From the NCBI GenBank assembly GCA_963977015.1, contig CAXBMO010000003.1:32001-96000 (forward strand): a stretch of 64,000 bases of DNA, written 5' to 3'. The position numbers and the translations under genes are program-made. The stretch is from an uncultured bacterium. GTDB lineage: Bacteria; Verrucomicrobiota; Verrucomicrobiia; Verrucomicrobiales; DEV007. The stretch's first letter is position 1. Each line of letters opens with the position of its first letter. The notes beneath the pieces are model-generated. The model was not told the DNA's origin and ran no database searches. It saw nothing but the letters and a program-made list of their open reading frames with translations. Below are positions 57,991 through 64,000 of this stretch, piece by piece.

Positions 57991-58188
57991 AATCAAAAAG
58001 GCGCAGGGCATTCTCCAGGCCCCCTTCATCTCGGGACGTGATGGGCTTATTCGGAGAATTGATCTCGACCCATCCTCGAGGAGAGAAACTTGCCCATGCA
58101 GTCTCCTTTGGAGAATTTTGCGCGGATTTTCTGCTTTTAGGCATACAACTGCCTTGAAACCGATGCACCGCTCTCTATGTGGTCTCGC

Positions 58189-59259
58189 ATGGCCAAGACT
58201 GGATACGACTACGCCCCAACCTCACAAACCCTTCCTCCCGTCGTAAAGCCGGGAGAGTTTGTCTTTTCTGTTGCAGGATTAGATCACGGGCACATTTACG
58301 GTCAAACCAATGGTCTCAAAGACGCCGGAGCGACGTTGAAATTTGTCTGGGATTCGGATCCGGCCAAAGTCGCGGAATTCGTTGCCAAGAACCCGGAAGC
58401 AGTTCCTGTCGACTCGCTTTCGGAAATCCTCGAAGATGAGGAAACGCAACTGGTCGCCAATGCCTCGATTCCTTGCGATCGGGCTCCGCTCGGAGTCAAG
58501 GTGCTCAACGCCGGAAAACATTACTTTGTGGATAAGTCTCCGTTTACCACGCTTGAACAGTTGGAAGAGGTTCGGCAAACGGTGGCCACAACTGGGAAAC
58601 GCTATTTCTGCTACTTTTCCGAGCGCCTTCACAATGAATCGTCCATGCACGCGACGAAGCTGATCGATGACGGTGTGATTGGGGATGTCCTGCAGGTGAT
58701 TTGCCTGGCTCCCCATCGGATGTCACGTGACGCACGGCCAGATTGGTTTTTTGAAAAGGAAAAGTATGGCGGTATCCTGACCGATATTGGCTCGCATCAA
58801 TTTGAACAGTTCCTGCGATGGACGGGTGCTGAAGATGGTGAGGTCAATTTTGCTCGGGTGGCGAATTTTACGGCACCTGAAAAACCGGGGTTGGAAGACT
58901 TTGGCGAGGCTTCCCTGACCATGGACACGGGAGCAAGCTGTTACGCCCGTGTCGATTGGTTGACGGCCGATGGTTCCCGCGTTTGGGGAGATGGCCGGGT
59001 ATTTATTGTCGGCTCAAAAGGAACGTTGGAAATCCGCAAATACACGAACGTCGCTCAGGAAACGCCCGGGAATAAGATCTTCCTGGTGACTTCCGACTCT
59101 GAAGAGGAAATCGATTGCGAGGGAATCACCGGGTTCCCGTTCTTTGGGGAGATGATTCTCGACGTCATGAATGGTACCGAAAACGCGATGACTCAGGAGC
59201 ACATCTTCAAGTCAGCAGAGCTATCCATGAAAGCTCAGGCCATGGCGGACGGGCAGTAA
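58189..59259 (+). CDS. Gfo/Idh/MocA family oxidoreductase
   Basis: GLDHGHIYG, DKSP and GGILTDIGSHQ. Confidence 0.92.
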   Translation: MAKTGYDYAPTSQTLPPVVKPGEFVFSVAGLDHGHIYGQTNGLKDAGATLKFVWDSDPAKVAEFVAKNPEAVPVDSLSEILEDEETQLVANASIPCDRAPLGVKVLNAGKHYFVDKSPFTTLEQLEEVRQTVATTGKRYFCYFSERLHNESSMHATKLIDDGVIGDVLQVICLAPHRMSRDARPDWFFEKEKYGGILTDIGSHQFEQFLRWTGAEDGEVNFARVANFTAPEKPGLEDFGEASLTMDTGASCYARVDWLTADGSRVWGDGRVFIVGSKGTLEIRKYTNVAQETPGNKIFLVTSDSEEEIDCEGITGFPFFGEMILDVMNGTENAMTQEHIFKSAELSMKAQAMADGQ

Positions 59260-59289
59260 GGTCGGCGCTTAAGGCGCCCCGGGACTCAT

Positions 59290-60681
59290 CTAAGCGTTGG
59301 CGAGGTTCGCCGCCGCCAACTTTGTGACCGGGTTGACGATCTTTCCTTCCAAGTCCTCTTTCGTGTCGTTCACGAGTTCATCCCGGAACTTCTCCACGAA
59401 ACTCTCGGTTGGCCAGGCGCAGGCTTCTCCAAAGGCACAAATTGTGCGCCCATCAATGTTGCGTGCCACCGAATCGAGCGTGTCAACGTCACTCGGTGAG
59501 CCTTCCCCGGCAACGAGGCGATCGGTGATCTTCGCCATCCAAAGGGATCCTTCGCGACAAGGCGTGCATTGGCCGCAGCTTTCGTGCGCGTAGAACTTGT
59601 TGATGTTGTTCAGCACCCAACTAATGGGACGACTGTCATCGATCACGATCACACCGCCGGAACCGGCCATTGAGCCGCAGGCTGCCAACGTGTCAAAATC
59701 CATCGGGATGTCCCAAATGGAGAGCTCTTGATCCTTTACCTTGAAGGTTTCATCCGCGCGCAAAACCTTGGCCGAACTTCCGCCGGGGATGATGGCCTTG
59801 AGCTTGCGACCTTTCTTGAGACCGCCACACATGTCGTTGATCAGATGCTCGAGGGTGACCTTGCCGACTTCGACTTCGAAATACCCTGTCTTCTGAACAT
59901 CGCCGCTCACACAAAGGATCCGGGTGCCCGTGTTGTTCGGCGTGCCCAGCTTCGCATACTCCTCACCCCCCATTTTGATGATGTGCTTCACGTGGCAAAG
60001 CGTTTCCACATTGTTCACAATCGTTGGCGCGAGGTAAAGCCCCATGGCCGCCGGGAAATAGGGAGGCTTGATTCGTGGATAGGGGCGCTTCCCTTCCAAC
60101 GACTCGATGAGCCCGGTTTCTTCACCGCAAATGTAAGCACCAGCACCGCGATGAACATAGATCTCCAAGTCGTATCCGCTTCCCTGGATATCCTTGCCCA
60201 AAAAATTGTGCTGTTTTGCTTCTTCGATCGCGGCCTCGAGAATTTTGGCCGCCTCGGGAAACTCCTCCCGGATGTAAATGTAGGCAAGGTGACACCCTAC
60301 CGCATAACAGGCAATCGCCATCCCTTCGATCAGTTGATGGGGATCCTGATGCATGATGTAGCGGTCCTTGAACGTGCCGGGCTCCGACTCGTCAGCATTA
60401 CAGATCAAATAGACCGGCTTGGTGTTGTTCGGTGGGATAAAGCCCCACTTCACTCCCGCAGGAAAGCCGGCTCCGCCGCGACCACGAACTCCCGCCTTCT
60501 TGACTTCGGTCGTGATATCGCCGGGCTCCATCTTCATCGCAGTCTTCAACTGCTCATAACCGCCATCCCCCAGAAAAGAGTCGATCCCGGGGGTCCAACC
60601 CTCGCGGTCGATGTTTCGAAAGATGAGGCGATACTCACGCTCGTGAGGCTGTTTGTCTGCCTTGTAGGTGACGTCGGACAT
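59290..60681 (-). CDS. nuoF: NADH-quinone oxidoreductase subunit F
   Basis: RGRGGAGFP, CNADESEPGTFKD, GAGAYICGEET and ESCGQCTPCREG. Confidence 0.97.
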   Translation of the reverse strand: MSDVTYKADKQPHEREYRLIFRNIDREGWTPGIDSFLGDGGYEQLKTAMKMEPGDITTEVKKAGVRGRGGAGFPAGVKWGFIPPNNTKPVYLICNADESEPGTFKDRYIMHQDPHQLIEGMAIACYAVGCHLAYIYIREEFPEAAKILEAAIEEAKQHNFLGKDIQGSGYDLEIYVHRGAGAYICGEETGLIESLEGKRPYPRIKPPYFPAAMGLYLAPTIVNNVETLCHVKHIIKMGGEEYAKLGTPNNTGTRILCVSGDVQKTGYFEVEVGKVTLEHLINDMCGGLKKGRKLKAIIPGGSSAKVLRADETFKVKDQELSIWDIPMDFDTLAACGSMAGSGGVIVIDDSRPISWVLNNINKFYAHESCGQCTPCREGSLWMAKITDRLVAGEGSPSDVDTLDSVARNIDGRTICAFGEACAWPTESFVEKFRDELVNDTKEDLEGKIVNPVTKLAAANLANA

Positions 60682-60693
60682 GGGAGTGCTGGA

Positions 60694-61191
60694 TTATTGG
60701 TAAGAGGACAGAAGGTCGGCAGCCTTATCAGGAGAGATGGCCTCATGGAAATCGTCTTCCACCATACAGACGGGGCCAGTGCCGCAGGAGGCCAGGCATT
60801 CGGCGAACTCGATGCTGAACTTGCCATCTGCTGATACCGCAATCGGGTGGTGATGATCCACCGCCGAGCGATCGATTTGAGCGATTTCACAAAGTTTTTC
60901 CATCAATTCCTCACTCCCGGCCATTGCACAGGACAGGGTTCGACAGACCCGGATATGATATTTGCCGGGGGCAGTTTGTCGGAAACCGGGATAAAACGTC
61001 ACCACTTCCAAAACCTGGATGGGTTCCAGGTCCAACTTGGACGCGGTCCATTCAACGGCGTCATTGTCGATGTAACGGAAATGATGCTGCAGGGCATGCA
61101 AAGTAGGCAGCACCGCACTGCGTTTGACCGGATAGTGAGTGATGCGCTCGTCGACCTCTTTTTCGACCTCGGCGGGAACGTGAAAAGCCAT
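60694..61191 (-). CDS. nuoE: NADH-quinone oxidoreductase subunit E
   Basis: VVTFY; 2Fe-2S ligands in CRTLSC and ECLASCGTGP. Confidence 0.95.
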   Translation of the reverse strand: MAFHVPAEVEKEVDERITHYPVKRSAVLPTLHALQHHFRYIDNDAVEWTASKLDLEPIQVLEVVTFYPGFRQTAPGKYHIRVCRTLSCAMAGSEELMEKLCEIAQIDRSAVDHHHPIAVSADGKFSIEFAECLASCGTGPVCMVEDDFHEAISPDKAADLLSSYQ

Positions 61192-61266
61192 GGTTGCGCC
61201 CAATCTGGCCTTCGAGATTGGTGCCGCAACGGGATTTTGTGAAATTTTTCACAAAGTCCGGCTCAT

Positions 61267-62670
61267 CTAGATTTCGAGACCCAGGTATTCGCGGGCGTTT
61301 CCGAAGCAAATGTTCTCAACCATGGGGCCAACGAGACTGTCGTCGTCCGGGATGAGTCCCTTTTCGACATCATCGCCAATCAGGTTGCAAAGCGTCCGCC
61401 GGAAATATTCGTGGCGTGGAAAACTCATGAAGGAACGGGAGTCGGTAAGCATCCCGATGAATCTCGAGAGAAGCCCGCAATTGGAGAGGGCGTTCATCTG
61501 CCACTCCATGCCTTCTTTCTGATCGAGGAACCACCAACCGGACCCGAACTGGATTTTTCCAGGAATCTCTCCATCCTGGAAGTTTCCGATCATGGTCGCG
61601 AACGTGAAGTTGTCCACCGGGTTGATATTGTAGATCACCGTTTTGGGCAGGGAATCGGTTTCGCTGAGTTTGCCGAGGAAGGATGACAGCGATTTTGCCT
61701 GAGGGAAGTCGCCAATCGAGTCGCAACCAATGTCCGTGCCGATCTGATTGAACAACCTGGTGTTGTTGTTGCGAATCGGTCCCAGATGAAGCTGCATGGT
61801 CCAATTTTTGGCCGAGGCCCACTGCCCAAAGAGCAACATGAGGTTTGCCGCGAATTGGGATTTCTCCTCCGGTGACGCGGGTTCGCCCGATAGGGCCTTT
61901 GCAAAGATTCTGGAGGCCTCTGCATCACTGCAAAAGTTGGCGTAACTGTGTTCGAGCCCATGATCCGAGAGTCTTCCTCCAATGCTGTGAAAAAAGTCAT
62001 GACGGCTTTCGAGAGCCGCACACAATTCTGCGTAAGTTGAGACGTCGTTGTTGGCCACCGTCCTAAGCCGATCCAGCCAGGGGTTGAACACGGACGGTTG
62101 GTCGACCATCAATGCGCGGTCGGGCCGGAAGGTCGGATAAACTCTCGTTCCGATATCGGAATCCGAAATGGACTGGTGATGTTCGAGCGAATCTGTCGGA
62201 TCGTCAGTGGTGCAAAGTGCCTTAACCTGGAAATCCTTGAGAATTCCCCGTGCGGAAAGTCGCTCGTCAGCAAGTTGCTCATTGGCCCGTTTCCAGATGG
62301 CCTCGGCTGTGGAGGGGCTCAGCAGTTCCTCAATCCCGAAGTAGCGTTTGAGTTCAAGATGGGTCCAATGGTAGAGCGGATTTCTTAATGCATTCGGCAC
62401 CGTCTCGGCAAAGGCGAGGAACTTGTCGTAAGGATCAGCGTCGCCGGTGCAAAATCGTTCCGCAGCACCATTGCTTCGCATCGCCCGCCATTTGTAGTGG
62501 TCTCCCTCAAGCCAAATCTCGAAGAGGTCGCCGAAGGTACGGTTCGTCGCAATGTCTTCCGGCGGGAGGTGGTTGTGATAGTCGAGGATCGGTTGGTCCT
62601 TGGCGAACTGATGGTAGAGCTTCCGTGCGGCGTCGGACTGCAGAAGGAAATCGTCATGAATGAAGGGCAT
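61267..62670 (-). CDS. uxaC: Uronate (glucuronate) isomerase
   Basis: DYHNHL, GDHYKWRAMR, NPLYHWTHLEL, GSGWWFLD and GMLTDSRSF. Confidence 0.97.
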   Translation of the reverse strand: MPFIHDDFLLQSDAARKLYHQFAKDQPILDYHNHLPPEDIATNRTFGDLFEIWLEGDHYKWRAMRSNGAAERFCTGDADPYDKFLAFAETVPNALRNPLYHWTHLELKRYFGIEELLSPSTAEAIWKRANEQLADERLSARGILKDFQVKALCTTDDPTDSLEHHQSISDSDIGTRVYPTFRPDRALMVDQPSVFNPWLDRLRTVANNDVSTYAELCAALESRHDFFHSIGGRLSDHGLEHSYANFCSDAEASRIFAKALSGEPASPEEKSQFAANLMLLFGQWASAKNWTMQLHLGPIRNNNTRLFNQIGTDIGCDSIGDFPQAKSLSSFLGKLSETDSLPKTVIYNINPVDNFTFATMIGNFQDGEIPGKIQFGSGWWFLDQKEGMEWQMNALSNCGLLSRFIGMLTDSRSFMSFPRHEYFRRTLCNLIGDDVEKGLIPDDDSLVGPMVENICFGNAREYLGLEI

Positions 62671-62825
62671 CCGAAATTCTGGACCGAAGTGACCGGAGAC
62701 GCAAACGGCAATCCTCAACCTAACCGGTTAACTAGACCCAAAGAGCTGCTGAAGCCTAACAAGTAAACAAACAAGAACTGTCAAAGATGGCTTGCTTTTC
62801 GTCATTTGCGTGGCAAAGACCTAAC

Positions 62826-63164
62826 ATGAGCAAACTTGACGATGCCATCGAGGCCTGCAAAGCGCAGATGAAGAAACAGAAGATCCCTTGCAACGATGAT
62901 TTGTTGCGAGCGATTGCAAAGTCCCTCGGACCGTCTCTTTACAAGGCGGACGCAAAGCTGGTCGCAGCTGCGCAGCCGAAAGAGATTGAGGGAATCAAAC
63001 AGAAGTTTCTGATCAAGAAACTTGGACTCGAGGACGGACCGAAATTGGATGCTGCCATTGAGCATGCCATCGAAAAGATCGGCCGTTCCAATCGTGCGAA
63101 ACTCCGCCCGGTGTTTTATTACATTTTGGTAAAGAAGCTGAAGAAGGAAGACGTCTTCGCCTAA
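62826..63164 (+). CDS. DUF2853 family protein
   Basis: LGPSLYKADAKLV, FLIKKLGL and RPVFYYILVK. Confidence 0.88.
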   Translation: MSKLDDAIEACKAQMKKQKIPCNDDLLRAIAKSLGPSLYKADAKLVAAAQPKEIEGIKQKFLIKKLGLEDGPKLDAAIEHAIEKIGRSNRAKLRPVFYYILVKKLKKEDVFA

Positions 63165-63195
63165 GCCGAGAAAAACCAATTTACAGAAGAATAAG

Positions 63196-63225
63196 AAAGG
63201 GCCAGCAATCGCTGGTCCTTTTTTT
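63196..63225 (+). terminator. Intrinsic terminator after the DUF2853 gene
   Basis: AAAGGGCCAGC-AATC-GCTGGTCCTTT followed by a T-run. Confidence 0.8.
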
Positions 63226-63468
63226 GTTGGTCTAAGAAATGTGTTAGACGGTGAGTGCTAATTTGGCTTTCAAAACCTTGCAAGAGTTCGGCTGATGCCT
63301 GCCTTTTGAGAAGTCGACTGTGGGTCGTTTCAAAGGTTCATTCTGAATCGAATCGCGTGTGACGGAGAAGCTTGGGCTGCTGAATCGGGCGATTTGGTGC
63401 CGCTTTAAGCTCAAGGTGATGGCGAAGGAAACTTTTCTCCCCCAATCATGAGGGAAGAATCGGGACAC

Positions 63469-63508
63469 AAAAAAGCTGGATCAAGGCTCACCCTCGATCC
63501 AGCTTTTT
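63469..63508 (-). terminator. Intrinsic (bidirectional-type) terminator after ftsH
   Basis: AAAAAAGCTGGATC...GATCCAGCTTTTT inverted repeat with A/T tails on both sides. Confidence 0.85.
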
Positions 63509-63529
63509 GAAAGATTGTTCTATTGATCC

Positions 63530-64000
63530 TTATGCTCCGACTGGCGCTCCTTCAAGGCCGCCGGGAAGTTCATCATCATTTTCCTTGGGCCGCTCGAGCT
63601 TGGGCTCGGATGGAGCTTCGGAATCTGATGGCAAGGCTGGAGGAGTTGGGCTGCTTGGAGGATTTCTAAGCTCTCCAAACTCCATGATTTCCCCGATGTG
63701 CTTGGCATCAAGCGTTTCGTATTCCAACAATGCCTTTGCGATCGCGTCCAATTGGCTGCGGTGTTCATTGATCATGTTTGTCGCAGTCTCATATGCTGTA
63801 TCGATGAGGGATTTGACTTCGCGATCAATTTTTTGGGCAGTGGCCTCGCTGTAGTTGCGGCCGGCCGAAACATCACGGGCAAGGAAAACATGTTCGTGAT
63901 TGTCGCCGTATTCGATCATTCCGAGTTCCGAACTCATGCCCCATTCACAGACCATTTTCCGCGCTGAGTTGGTGGCCATTTTGATATCACCATAGGCCCC
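63530..64000 (-). CDS. ftsH: ATP-dependent zinc metalloprotease FtsH (3' part; gene continues past the window)
   Basis: GAYGDIKMAT..ARKMVCEWGMS..LG, YSEATAQKIDREV and LLEYETL (peptidase M41 C-terminus). Confidence 0.93.
   Translation of the reverse strand, partial: GAYGDIKMATNSARKMVCEWGMSSELGMIEYGDNHEHVFLARDVSAGRNYSEATAQKIDREVKSLIDTAYETATNMINEHRSQLDAIAKALLEYETLDAKHIGEIMEFGELRNPPSSPTPPALPSDSEAPSEPKLERPKENDDELPGGLEGAPVGA

Noticed and set aside
58527-58535. Perfect DnaA box TGTGGATAA
   Set aside because: A single copy inside a coding region, with no cluster or DUE, so not an oriC.
1-64000. CRISPR arrays, IS elements, prophage genes, rRNA
   Set aside because: No regularly spaced repeats, transposase, integrase or phage motifs, or rRNA-like stretches were seen. 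Nearly all of the sequence is accounted for by CDSs.

Overview
A gene-dense, roughly 55% GC chromosomal segment with many overlapping or abutting ORFs. It is probably from a Verrucomicrobiota/PVC-type bacterium (inference from gene content: DUF1501, a second truncated SecA, PVC-type lipoproteins, weak Shine-Dalgarno use). Most of it is core or housekeeping: obgE, mnmE, hisC, mrp, secA, parA, rplI, avtA, pyrD-pyrR-pyrB-pyrC, alpha-2-macroglobulin-pbpC, xylB, nuoEF, uxaC, the 3' end of ftsH, and one tRNA-Leu(CAA). I saw no CRISPR array, integrase, transposase or prophage. The most interesting non-core modules are: (1) a C-terminally truncated SecA paralog translationally coupled to a periplasmic adaptor (HlyD/MFP) with no inner-membrane pump or TolC, about 7 kb from the canonical secA; (2) a GGCT / ATP-grasp ligase / M20 peptidase cluster that looks like a make-and-break module for a small peptide; (3) a secreted heme-c + PHM/DBH-type copper monooxygenase + EF-hand fusion coupled to a redoxin; (4) a catalytically dead kinase-like ORF downstream of an orphan MoxR; (5) an unusually long PurC-like protein; (6) a ~120-nt strongly base-paired intergenic element. 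All family calls come from motif recognition by eye, not from database searches.
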